Positions 6,987 through 15,123 of a stretch of DNA of 32,585 nt are shown piece by piece. This DNA comes from Planctomycetota bacterium. GTDB taxonomy: Bacteria > Planctomycetota > UBA1135. The notes under the pieces are model-generated. The model was not told the origin of the DNA and ran no database searches. It was given only the letters and a program-made list of their open reading frames with translations. The position numbers and the translations under genes are program-made. The DNA lies in contig JAQBVK010000001.1 of assembly GCA_027623585.1 (NCBI GenBank), positions 1 through 32,585 of the forward strand. The letters are read 5' to 3'. The number at the start of each line of letters is the position of its first letter. The stretch's first letter is position 1.

Positions 6987-8159
6987 GTGCAAGCGGCCGA
7001 CCGCCTCGCGGGCGGCTTCACCCTCGCCGTGGTGTTGCTCGCGATCACGACGGCTTGGTTCACGCGCGCACTCGGCATCGAAATCGCCTTGGATCGCGCA
7101 GTCGCCTTGCTGATCGTCGCGTGTCCCTGCGCGCTCGGACTCGCCACGCCGCTCGCGCTCACGGCTGCGATCGGACGCTTGGCGCGACGCGGCATCCTCG
7201 TGAAAGGTGGCGCCGCGCTGGAACGCCTCGCACGGCCGGGAGTGTTGCTGCTCGAGACCGGCACCCTCACCGAGGGCAAGCTTGCCTTGATCGGATGGAG
7301 TGGAAGCGCGCACGACGGCGCGTTCCTTGCAGCCTTGGAGTCGGACGTCGCGGGGCCGCACGCGGAGGCACTGCGGACGCTCGCCAGCGATCAGAGCTTC
7401 AATCTTGCACTCGAACACTCCCATCACTGGCCGGGACGCGGAGTGAGCGGGCGAGTGGACGGACGTGCTTTGCTCGCCGGCTCCCCCGCCTTCTTGGCGG
7501 AACACGGCGTGTGCGTGCCCGTGACCGAAGTGGAGCGCATCACGCGCGCAGCGCACTCACCGATTGCGTTTGCCGTGGATGGCGCCTACGCAGGCTGCGC
7601 CGAACTGGGCGATCGTCTGCGCCTGGGCGCGGCCGAGACTCTGCGCACCCTGCGCACCGAGGGATGGCAACCGCGCATCCTCTCCGGTGATCACGCGGAG
7701 GTGGTGCGCGCCGTCGCGATCGAGCTCGGACTGCCGCCCGAAGCCGCGCAGGGCGGCGCATCCCCGGAGGAAAAACTCGCTGCGGTTCATGCTGCGCGCG
7801 CCGCCGCCGCCGGTCGCCCCGTCGTGATGGTCGGTGACGGAGTCAACGACGCGGCCGCGCTCGCCGCCGCCGACGTCGGCATCGCCGTGCACGGCGGAGC
7901 GGAAGCCAGTCTGGAGGCAGCCGACGTGCACCTCGGCGGCTCTGAAGCTGGTCCCGCCGCGATCGTGGAACTTTTCGCCGGCGCACGCGGCGCCATGCGC
8001 ACGATCCGCCTCTGCCTCGGCGTCTCGATCGCCTACAACTTGCTCGGCGCCGGTCTTGCCGCCGCCGGACTGATCTCGCCGATCCTCGCCGCGGTGCTGA
8101 TGCCGCTCTCCTCACTCACGGTCACCGCGTTGGCCTTCGCGCCTGCGCGCGCACGCTGA
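6987..8159 (+). CDS. ccoI: C-terminal half of a CcoI/FixI-like heavy-metal P1B-type ATPase (truncated, catalytic motifs degenerate; probable relic)
   Basis: The frame opens only at 6936 (in-frame TAG at 6933-6935) and the first start is GTG at 6987. Retained motifs: [21 protein letters not shown] (CPC 7122-7130), [27 protein letters not shown] (from 7833). [11 protein letters not shown] replaces the DKTGTLT phosphorylation motif, and the SEHP motif reads SDVAGPH. No metal-binding domain, TM1-4 or actuator domain. The stop overlaps the ccoS ATG. Confidence 0.6.
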   Translation: MQAADRLAGGFTLAVVLLAITTAWFTRALGIEIALDRAVALLIVACPCALGLATPLALTAAIGRLARRGILVKGGAALERLARPGVLLLETGTLTEGKLALIGWSGSAHDGAFLAALESDVAGPHAEALRTLASDQSFNLALEHSHHWPGRGVSGRVDGRALLAGSPAFLAEHGVCVPVTEVERITRAAHSPIAFAVDGAYAGCAELGDRLRLGAAETLRTLRTEGWQPRILSGDHAEVVRAVAIELGLPPEAAQGGASPEEKLAAVHAARAAAAGRPVVMVGDGVNDAAALAAADVGIAVHGGAEASLEAADVHLGGSEAGPAAIVELFAGARGAMRTIRLCLGVSIAYNLLGAGLAAAGLISPILAAVLMPLSSLTVTALAFAPARAR

Positions 8160-8362
8160 TGTCGCTGGTCTACCTCGCGCTGCCGGTCGCACTCTTCATC
8201 GCCGCGCTCGCGGTGGGCGCGTGGTGGTGGGCCGTCAAGTCGGGGCAGTTCGACGACCTGGAAACGCCGCGCCACCGCGCCCTCTGGGAAGACGACGCGG
8301 TGGCGGAGGATGCCGACGAAATCGGCGCGGACGGGAAACCTACTTCGCGAAACCGCGAATGA
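8159..8362 (+). CDS. ccoS: cbb3-type cytochrome oxidase maturation protein CcoS/FixS
   Basis: [46 protein letters not shown] matches the CcoS signature (single TM followed by SGQFDDLE...DD). ATG at 8159 lies in a TGATG overlap with the ATPase stop. Confidence 0.85.
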   Translation: MSLVYLALPVALFIAALAVGAWWWAVKSGQFDDLETPRHRALWEDDAVAEDADEIGADGKPTSRNRE

Positions 8363-8723
8363 TTTTCACCAGACCGGCCACGACCTCCGGCTTGTCGGCG
8401 AGATCCGCGTTGGCCGGCATCAGCATGGACTTGCCAACTGCTGCGCCGCCCTGAACGATGATTTTGGTGAGGAACTCGTCGGTGACGGTCTTCTGCCAGG
8501 CCTTGTCGGTGTAGTCGCGCGGCTTCGGGTTGAGCGCGGCTGCAGCGGCGCCGTCGCCTTTGCCGGAAGTGCCGTGGCAGGTCGCGCAGAGCCCGTCGAA
8601 CTTGGCGCGAGCCTCGGGGTTGACCGGGGTGTCGGCCACGGGCTCGCTGCCGCCGCCGCAGGAGAACGCGAGCACGCCGGCCGCCGCCGCGCCAGCGATC
8701 AGGAGGATGGGTCGAAACTGCAT
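8340..8723 (-). CDS. Small exported monoheme class I c-type cytochrome (possible lipoprotein)
   Basis: Signal sequence [25 protein letters not shown]. One CxxCH (CATCH) and a distal Met in KSMLMP. The 3' end overlaps the ccoS 3' end by 23 nt. Confidence 0.8.
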   Translation of the reverse strand: MQFRPILLIAGAAAAGVLAFSCGGGSEPVADTPVNPEARAKFDGLCATCHGTSGKGDGAAAAALNPKPRDYTDKAWQKTVTDEFLTKIIVQGGAAVGKSMLMPANADLADKPEVVAGLVKIIRGFAK

Positions 8724-8745
8724 GCAGGCAGGATAGCGCCGCTAT

Positions 8746-9405
8746 TCAGACCCTCAAGTCTCTATTTCTTAGGGCCGCTGCGAGCCGATCGACCAATCGC
8801 GACGACACGTCTGAAATCTTCACTGCAGGACGACCGGCGGCGAGGCACTCCGCTGCCATCGTCGTCATCACTTCGGGATCCAGACCGCAGGGGTCGAAGC
8901 GGCGGAACCAATCGAGATCGGTCGAGACGTTGAGGGCGAGGCCGTGCCAGCTCACCCAACGCCGCACCGCCACGCCGATGCTCGCGAGCTTGCGGCCGTT
9001 GACCCAGCAGCCGGTGTTGCGCGGATCGCGTCCGCCTTGCAGGCCGAAATCACTCACCACACCGATCAGCGCGTCTTCGAGCGCGTGGAGATAGGCGTGG
9101 AGGTCGCGCGCTTCGTCTTCGAGGCGCAGCAGCGGATAGGCCACAAGCTGCCCCGGTCCGTGGAAGGTGGCCTTGCCCCCTCGGCTGATCTCGTGGACCG
9201 GGACGCCGAGATGCGCGTACTGGCTGGCGCCGCCACCGCCGCGGCCGATCGTGATCACGGGTTCGAACTCGGCCAAGAGCAGGTGGTCGGGTTCCTCCCC
9301 CGCCGCGATCTTCGCGATCAGATCTTCCTGCAGCGCGTTCACCTCGGCGTAGTCCGCGCGCCCCAGGTCGCGCACGACCCACTCGGGCGAGCGGCTGAAG
9401 CGCAT
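8746..9405 (-). CDS. lipB: Lipoyl(octanoyl) transferase LipB
   Basis: RGGKATFHGPGQLVAYPLL and the active-site Cys region (NTGCWV, KLASIGV) are typical of LipB. 219 aa. Confidence 0.85.
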   Translation of the reverse strand: MRFSRSPEWVVRDLGRADYAEVNALQEDLIAKIAAGEEPDHLLLAEFEPVITIGRGGGGASQYAHLGVPVHEISRGGKATFHGPGQLVAYPLLRLEDEARDLHAYLHALEDALIGVVSDFGLQGGRDPRNTGCWVNGRKLASIGVAVRRWVSWHGLALNVSTDLDWFRRFDPCGLDPEVMTTMAAECLAAGRPAVKISDVSSRLVDRLAAALRNRDLRV

Positions 9406-9409
9406 GCGC

Positions 9410-10822
9410 CTACTTCTTCGCGCGCATCGCGTGCGGTGACATGCCGTGGAGATCTTCGCAGGCTTCCATGAACACTTCGCTCAGGGTCGGGTGCGGATGG
9501 ATCGTCATCGCGACGTCTTCGACGGTCAGTCCGGCTTCGATCGCGAGCGAGGCCTCAGTGATCAAGTCGGTGACGTTCGGGCCCACCATGTGCACGCCGA
9601 GCACGCGGTCGTCCTTGGCGTCAGCGATGACCTTGATCAAGCCTTCGGTCTGCAGCAGCGACATCGCGCGGCCGTTGGCGCCGAAGTTGAAGCGGCCGAC
9701 TTTGTAATCGATCCCCTTCTCCTTGCACTGCGCCTCGGTGAGACCGGTCCACGCGATCTCCGGGTCGGTGAAGATCACCGCCGGCACGCAGGCGAAGTCC
9801 TGCGCGATGCCGGGCTGACGGTTGATCGCACCGGCCGCCACCAGTCCTTGCGCGCTGCCCTTGTGCGCGAGCATCGGCCCGTGGGTGACGTCGCCGATTG
9901 CCCAGACGTGCGGCGTCTTGGTGGAGCACTGCATGTCCACGGTGATGAAGCCGCGCGCGTCGGGCTTCACGCCGACGCTCTCGAGCCCGATGCCGCTGGT
10001 CACCGGCTTGCGTCCCACCGTGAGCAGGATCGCGTCGGCCTCGAAGGACTGGCGTTGGCCTTGCACTTCGGCAATGACCTCGACGCCGGCGCCCTTCTTC
10101 TTCCATTCCTTGGCCGCGCTCTTGAGATGGATCTTGATACCCGCCTTCTTGGCGCGCCGCTCGACCACCTTCACCAGATCCGGGTCGGTGCCGGGCAGGA
10201 TCTGATCCATGAACTCGACCACGGTCACTTCGGTGCCGATCTGCGCGTAGAACATTCCCAATTCCATCCCGATCACGCCGCCGCCGATTACGAACAGCTT
10301 CTTGGGAAGGATTTTCGGCGAGAGCGCCTCGGTGCTCGACCACACGAACTCGCCGAACTCGAAGCCGGGGATCGGCGCCGGCTCGGAGCCGCTCGCGATC
10401 ACGATCTCCGTGCACTGGATGCCGGTCAGCGAGCCGTCGGCGTTCTTGACCTCGACCAGATTCGGTCCCTTGATCACGCCGCGTCCCTTCACCCACTCGA
10501 TCTTGCGGTTCTTGAGCAGCATGCCAACTCCGCCGGTCAGCTTCTTCACGATCGAATCCTTCCACGCGATCATCTTGCCGAGGTCGAGCGTCGGCGTCTG
10601 GACCGTGAAGCCCATCTCCGCGGCGTGGCGGCACTGCTCGGCGAAGTGGCCGGCCTGGATGAGCGCCTTGGAGGGAATGCAGCCCCAATTCAGGCAGGTG
10701 CCGCCGAGATTGTCGGACTCCACCACCACCACTTGCTTGCCCAGGTCCGCGGCGCGGATCGCGCACACGTAGCCGGCCGGGCCAGCGCCCAGCACCACAA
10801 CATCGGTCTTGATCGTGCTCAT
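9410..10822 (-). CDS. lpdA: Dihydrolipoyl dehydrogenase (E3)
   Basis: VVVLGAGPAGYVCAIRAA (FAD fold), redox disulfide GGTCLNWGCIPSKALI, and C-terminal HPHPTLSE. 470 aa. Confidence 0.95.
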   Translation of the reverse strand: MSTIKTDVVVLGAGPAGYVCAIRAADLGKQVVVVESDNLGGTCLNWGCIPSKALIQAGHFAEQCRHAAEMGFTVQTPTLDLGKMIAWKDSIVKKLTGGVGMLLKNRKIEWVKGRGVIKGPNLVEVKNADGSLTGIQCTEIVIASGSEPAPIPGFEFGEFVWSSTEALSPKILPKKLFVIGGGVIGMELGMFYAQIGTEVTVVEFMDQILPGTDPDLVKVVERRAKKAGIKIHLKSAAKEWKKKGAGVEVIAEVQGQRQSFEADAILLTVGRKPVTSGIGLESVGVKPDARGFITVDMQCSTKTPHVWAIGDVTHGPMLAHKGSAQGLVAAGAINRQPGIAQDFACVPAVIFTDPEIAWTGLTEAQCKEKGIDYKVGRFNFGANGRAMSLLQTEGLIKVIADAKDDRVLGVHMVGPNVTDLITEASLAIEAGLTVEDVAMTIHPHPTLSEVFMEACEDLHGMSPHAMRAKK

Positions 10823-10848
10823 CGGGATGTCCTAGGAAAAGGCGTAGC

Positions 10849-11352
10849 ATGATAGCGATGCGCTCCTTTCCCCTCTTCGCCGCCGCCGGCCTGGCCGGAA
10901 TGCTCGTCGCCTGCGCTTCGCCTGGCCCGATCCCGCCGCCCGACGCTCCGCCGCCGCCGGGATTCGCGGTGGAGACGGCGATTGGAGTCGCGCGCGATGG
11001 CGTCGCCTTCGCGAGCCTGGAGCGCACCCTGTGGCGCGAACGCGACACCCGCTTCGAGTTGGACGGCCCGGGCGTGCTCGCGGGCGAGGCGGACAGCGGT
11101 TTGGAGATCTCGCTGCGGCCCGACTTCAATCACGCCGGCGAGTTCTGGGGGGAATTGACCATCGCCGAGTTCGACGTGCTCGAGGACGGCACCCGCGTGC
11201 ACTACCTGGGCATGCCGTATCACTTCAAATTGGATCCCAGCGTGAGGGGATGGTGGGACGTGGAGGTGCCCGGCCGCAGCGGCAGTTACGTAGTCCGCGT
11301 GCAGATGGATTATTCCGCCGCGTTCAAGCAATTTCTCTGGCTTCGCATGTAG
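10849..11352 (+). CDS. Hypothetical lipoprotein
   Basis: MIAMRSFPLFAAAGLAGMLVAC has a good LVAC lipobox followed by a Pro-rich linker. Third-position GC is high. An alternative ATG lies at 10858. No family recognised. Confidence 0.6.
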   Translation: MIAMRSFPLFAAAGLAGMLVACASPGPIPPPDAPPPPGFAVETAIGVARDGVAFASLERTLWRERDTRFELDGPGVLAGEADSGLEISLRPDFNHAGEFWGELTIAEFDVLEDGTRVHYLGMPYHFKLDPSVRGWWDVEVPGRSGSYVVRVQMDYSAAFKQFLWLRM

Positions 11353-11397
11353 TCGGTAACCTTCGCGCTCGCCGTGCGTGTTGAGGTCGGAGGGCTG

Positions 11398-11913
11398 ATG
11401 TACCTGAACCGACTCATTTTGATCTTTGCGGCGGCGTTCGTGCCGACCGTGTCCATTCAGCAGGGATCCGCGTCCGAGGGGCTGGGCGGACGCGTCTGCG
11501 TACCCGACGGCGCGAGCGTGCCGGTGAGCTTCCCGCGCCCCGACCTGCAGCAACCGGGCGTGCCGACGGACGCGAAGTGGGCTCCCGGCGACGGAAATCC
11601 ACAGGGCTACGAGAAGGATCGCTTTACCGGGGACGATCCGATGCCCACCACGCCGGGCAGCGGCGATCCCGCCGAAGTTCCGGTCGAGAACGAAGGCGGC
11701 AAACTCAAGGATGGCAACGGCAAGACGCAGAACGGCGGCACCGAGGGCGATTGCATCGAGGTCTACGTGGAGTGGACCTACTACTACTCGGTCAAGTGGA
11801 ACCAGGGCGGCACCGTCTCGATCGGCGGCGCGACCTGGAGCAAGAACAGTTGCTGGTACGTGTGGAAGGCCGGAAAGATCCGTTCCGCGGTCAAACAGGT
11901 GTGCCCGTGCTGA
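11398..11913 (+). CDS. Hypothetical secreted protein: signal peptide, Gly/Asp/Pro-rich linker, aromatic/Cys-rich C-terminal module
   Basis: ATG at 11398 (MYLNRLILIFAAAFVPTVSIQQ); the ORF also opens at an upstream start at 11374. C-terminal module: CIEVYVEWTYYYSVKWNQGGTVSIGGATWSKNSCWYVWKAGKIRSAVKQVCPC. The stop overlaps the next ATG (TGATG). Confidence 0.6.
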   Translation: MYLNRLILIFAAAFVPTVSIQQGSASEGLGGRVCVPDGASVPVSFPRPDLQQPGVPTDAKWAPGDGNPQGYEKDRFTGDDPMPTTPGSGDPAEVPVENEGGKLKDGNGKTQNGGTEGDCIEVYVEWTYYYSVKWNQGGTVSIGGATWSKNSCWYVWKAGKIRSAVKQVCPC

Positions 11914-12890
11914 TGCGCGCTTTGATCGTGGCCGTTCTGCTGTTGGGAGCGGTGGCGCTCGTCTGGCAAGGGGGAGGTGAAATCCCTCCCTCTTCTCCGG
12001 AGGCGACGGAGTCGGGCTCGTTCACGAGCCTCGAAGCCGGGGTGCTCGCGGGTCTACCCAAGAGTGCAGTCGGCCGTCGCAGTGCAGAGCCGCCGGTGGA
12101 GGGCATCGCGAGCGCTGTCGAGGCCAACATGGAAGCGGAGACTGCGTCCTTCGGCTCCGTGCGCGGCATCTTGGTCGACGCCGACGGCGCTCCGGTGCCT
12201 CACACGGTGGTGCTGCTGCGCCGCGGGGTCGGCGTGAGTGAAAGGCGCTGCAGCTCAATGACCGACTCCGAAGGCTTGTTCTACTTCGCCGAAGTGCCGG
12301 CGGGTTCCTGGCAGGCAGGTGCGTTGCTCACACCGCAGCGTGGACAAGCGAGCGCCGTTTCGCTCCAAACAGTCGAAGTGGTCACCGAGCAGCGCTCTTG
12401 GGTCGATCTCTGGCTCGCCGGTACGCGCGCGATCCGCGGGCGCATTCTTCTCGAAGAGGATGGCTTGCCGCAGGACATGGTTTTCGAAGTGGAAGCGCGA
12501 CCCTTGCTGCAGCCGGACCGCGTGATCTCCGACACCATCGCCGCCGAGGACGCGGCGGAGGTCTTCGAGCCGATGCCGTCGCGCGCCGTACGGGAGCGCC
12601 GCGTGATGAACGAATTCTTGGAAGAGAATCCAGGCGCTGCGCCACCGCTGCCGGAGCAGATCGAGGAGTGGGCCGATGAACTCGCCGCAGAACTGGAATC
12701 CGCGCGCGTGGCCGAAGGCGCGGTCTTCAGCCTCGGCGGGCTCGCACCCGGCCGTTACGCTCTGCGCATCTATCTCGACGTGGCGCGCGAGCGCTGGGCT
12801 GCACTCGAGGCCGATCTCAGTGAGGGCGACGCCGAGTTCGGCCTGTTGCGTCTACGCTTTGCGGACTTTCCCTTGCGGGTCGGCGATTAA
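11913..12890 (+). CDS. N-terminally membrane-anchored protein with two carboxypeptidase-regulatory-like (CarboxypepD_reg) beta-sandwich segments
   Basis: ATG at 11913 with TM/signal [18 protein letters not shown]. First segment: [22 protein letters not shown]...[18 protein letters not shown]. Second segment: [11 protein letters not shown]...[15 protein letters not shown]. The ORF-track start at 11577 is an out-of-context extension. Confidence 0.6.
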   Translation: MRALIVAVLLLGAVALVWQGGGEIPPSSPEATESGSFTSLEAGVLAGLPKSAVGRRSAEPPVEGIASAVEANMEAETASFGSVRGILVDADGAPVPHTVVLLRRGVGVSERRCSSMTDSEGLFYFAEVPAGSWQAGALLTPQRGQASAVSLQTVEVVTEQRSWVDLWLAGTRAIRGRILLEEDGLPQDMVFEVEARPLLQPDRVISDTIAAEDAAEVFEPMPSRAVRERRVMNEFLEENPGAAPPLPEQIEEWADELAAELESARVAEGAVFSLGGLAPGRYALRIYLDVARERWAALEADLSEGDAEFGLLRLRFADFPLRVGD

Positions 12891-14119
12891 GCGCGCGCGG
12901 TTGCGGGAGCGAGCTTGGCCTTGAGGCCTTCGTCGAGCTTCGCGAGGAACTGCTCGGTCGTGAGCCATTTCTGCTCAGGGCCGACCAGGATCGCGAGGTC
13001 CTTGGTCATGAAGCCGGATTCCACGGTCTCGATGCACACCTTCTCCAGGGTTTCGGCGAAGACGGACAGATCTCGGTTGTGATCGAGGCTGCCGCGATGC
13101 ATCAGGCCGCGCGTCCACGCGAAGATGGATGCGATCGGGTTGGTGCTGGTGGGACGGCCCTTCTGGTGTTCGCGATAGTGGCGTGTGACCGTGCCGTGCG
13201 CGGCTTCGGCTTCGACGACCGCGCCATCCGGCGTCATCAACACTGAACTCATGAGCCCGAGGGAGCCGAAACCTTGCGCGACGGTGTCGGATTGCACGTC
13301 GCCGTCGTAGTTCTTGCAGGCCCACACGAAACCGCCGCTCCACTTCATCGCGGCGGCGACCATGTCGTCGATCAAACGGTGCTCGTAGACGATGTTCGAG
13401 GCGGCGAACTTGTCCGCAAACTCGGCGTCGAAGATCTCCTGGAAGAGATCCTTGAAGCGGCCGTCGTAGGCCTTGAGGATCGTGTTCTTGGTGGACAGGT
13501 ACACCGGCCAGCCGCGCTGCAGTCCGTAGTTGAGACAAGCCCGCGCGAAGCCGCGAATCGACTCGTCCAGGTTGTACATGCCCATCGCCACGCCGGGCTC
13601 CTTGAAGTCCATGACCTCGTAGTTCACCGGCTTGCCGCCGTCGGCGGGCGTGAAGGTCATGGTCAACTTGCCGGGACCGGGCACCAGGAAGTCGGTGGCG
13701 CGGTACTGATCGCCGTGCGCGTGACGGCCGATCACGATCGGCTGCGTCCACCCCGGCACCAGGCGCGGGATGTTGCTGCACAGGATCGGCTCGCGGAACA
13801 CGGTGCCGCCGAGGATGTTGCGGATCGTCCCGTTCGGGGAGCGCCACATCTGCTTGAGGCCGAACTCCTCGACGCGGGCCTCGTCGGGGGTGATGGTTGC
13901 GCACTTCACGCCGACGCCGTGGCGCTGGATCGCCTTGGCCGCGTCTACCGTGACCTGGTCGTCGGTGGCGTCGCGATGCTCGATGCCGAGGTCGTAGTAC
14001 TCGAGCGTGAGATCGAGATAGGGAAGGATCAGACGTTCCTTGATGAACGCCCAGATGATCCGAGTCATTTCGTCGCCGTCGAGCTCGACGACGGGGTTCT
14101 TTACCTTGATCTTGGCCAT
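12887..14119 (-). CDS. icd: NADP-dependent isocitrate dehydrogenase, eukaryote-like (IDH1/2-type) homodimeric subfamily
   Basis: [23 protein letters not shown]...[17 protein letters not shown]...[22 protein letters not shown] at 14119. The 122-codon upstream extension of the ORF is Arg/Pro-rich and was rejected. Confidence 0.95.
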   Translation of the reverse strand: MAKIKVKNPVVELDGDEMTRIIWAFIKERLILPYLDLTLEYYDLGIEHRDATDDQVTVDAAKAIQRHGVGVKCATITPDEARVEEFGLKQMWRSPNGTIRNILGGTVFREPILCSNIPRLVPGWTQPIVIGRHAHGDQYRATDFLVPGPGKLTMTFTPADGGKPVNYEVMDFKEPGVAMGMYNLDESIRGFARACLNYGLQRGWPVYLSTKNTILKAYDGRFKDLFQEIFDAEFADKFAASNIVYEHRLIDDMVAAAMKWSGGFVWACKNYDGDVQSDTVAQGFGSLGLMSSVLMTPDGAVVEAEAAHGTVTRHYREHQKGRPTSTNPIASIFAWTRGLMHRGSLDHNRDLSVFAETLEKVCIETVESGFMTKDLAILVGPEQKWLTTEQFLAKLDEGLKAKLAPATARA

Positions 14120-14160
14120 GTCGCGGGGATTCCGATGGGAAGGACTTAGGATAGCGGCGC

Positions 14161-15114
14161 GTGACCAATTCGATCCGGCTCGGGATTGCGACCTGCCTGC
14201 TCGGCGAGCAGGTGCGATGGGACGGCGGTCATAAGCGCGACGAGTTCCTGGTTGGCACCGTGGCGCCGCACGTCGAATGGGTGCCGGTCTGCCCGGAGGA
14301 AGAATCCGGCATGGGGGTGCCACGTCCGCCGGTGCGCTTGGAGCAGGATCCGCACGGTGCGACGCGGATGGTGGATCCGAAGTCAGGCAAGGATCACACC
14401 GCGGCGATGACGCGCTTCTCAAAGCAGCGAGTGCGCGCCCTCGCCGATGAAGAACTCGACGGCTACGTGCTGAAGAAGGATTCACCTTCCTGTGGCATGG
14501 AGCGCGTGCGCCTGCACGCGGAGAAGGGGATGCCCGTGCGCAAGGGAGTGGGCCTCTTCGCGGCGGAACTGCTTGCGCGCTTCCCCCACCTCCCGATCGA
14601 GGAGGAAGGCAGGCTCAACGACCCCGGCCTGCGCGAGAACTTCTTCGAGCGCGTTTTTGCCTACCGCCGATTGAGGCAATTGTTCATCGGGCGCTGGAAG
14701 TCCGGCGACGTGGTGCGCTTTCACACCGCCGAGAAGATGCTACTGCTCGCGCACGATCCGCAGGGATATCGCGCGCTCGGTCGCCTGGTCGCGGCGGTCA
14801 AGACGGTTCCGCGCGCCGACTTCCAAACGCAGTACTCCAGCGCGTTCATGACTGTCATGCGTAAGCTCGCGACGCCGCGCAAGCACGTCAACGTGCTGCA
14901 GCACATGCAGGGACATTTCAGTGATCAACTCGACGCTGCCGCGCGCGCCGAACTCTCCTCGCTGATCGAAGATTTCGGTCATGGCCTGGTGCCCCTGATT
15001 GCGCCGGTCACCCTCTTCCGCCACTACGTCCGCCGCTTCGACGTGCCATACCTCGCCGACCAGAGCTACCTCGAGCCACACCCCAAGGAGCTCATGCTCC
15101 GAAATCACGCGTAG
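14161..15114 (+). CDS. DUF523 (TudS-like Fe-S) plus DUF1722 fusion protein, YbgA-like
   Basis: GTG at 14161. [27 protein letters not shown] and DSPSCGM supply the three DUF523 cysteines. The C-terminal helical half is typical of DUF1722. Confidence 0.75.
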   Translation: MTNSIRLGIATCLLGEQVRWDGGHKRDEFLVGTVAPHVEWVPVCPEEESGMGVPRPPVRLEQDPHGATRMVDPKSGKDHTAAMTRFSKQRVRALADEELDGYVLKKDSPSCGMERVRLHAEKGMPVRKGVGLFAAELLARFPHLPIEEEGRLNDPGLRENFFERVFAYRRLRQLFIGRWKSGDVVRFHTAEKMLLLAHDPQGYRALGRLVAAVKTVPRADFQTQYSSAFMTVMRKLATPRKHVNVLQHMQGHFSDQLDAAARAELSSLIEDFGHGLVPLIAPVTLFRHYVRRFDVPYLADQSYLEPHPKELMLRNHA

Positions 15115-15123
15115 CCGCTCTGC

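Noticed and set aside
7251-7256. CTCGAG (XhoI site) exactly at the destroyed DKTGT motif, as a possible sign of engineering
   Set aside because: A single 6-mer is expected by chance many times in 32 kb of GC-rich DNA. There are no flanking vector-like or cassette sequences.
6045-7556. Treating the 503-aa minus-strand ORF as one long NnrS-like gene
   Set aside because: Only the lower part (up to about 6975) is NnrS-like and hydrophobic. The upper ~190 codons are Arg/Glu/Gly-rich and lie antisense to the ATPase-like frame, which carries the CPC and GDGVND motifs.
9446-10852. 468-aa plus-strand ORF (and a 502-aa minus-strand out-of-frame ORF) over lpdA
   Set aside because: Both are low-complexity Arg/Gly/His-rich shadow frames. 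The lpdA frame carries unambiguous FAD and disulfide motifs.
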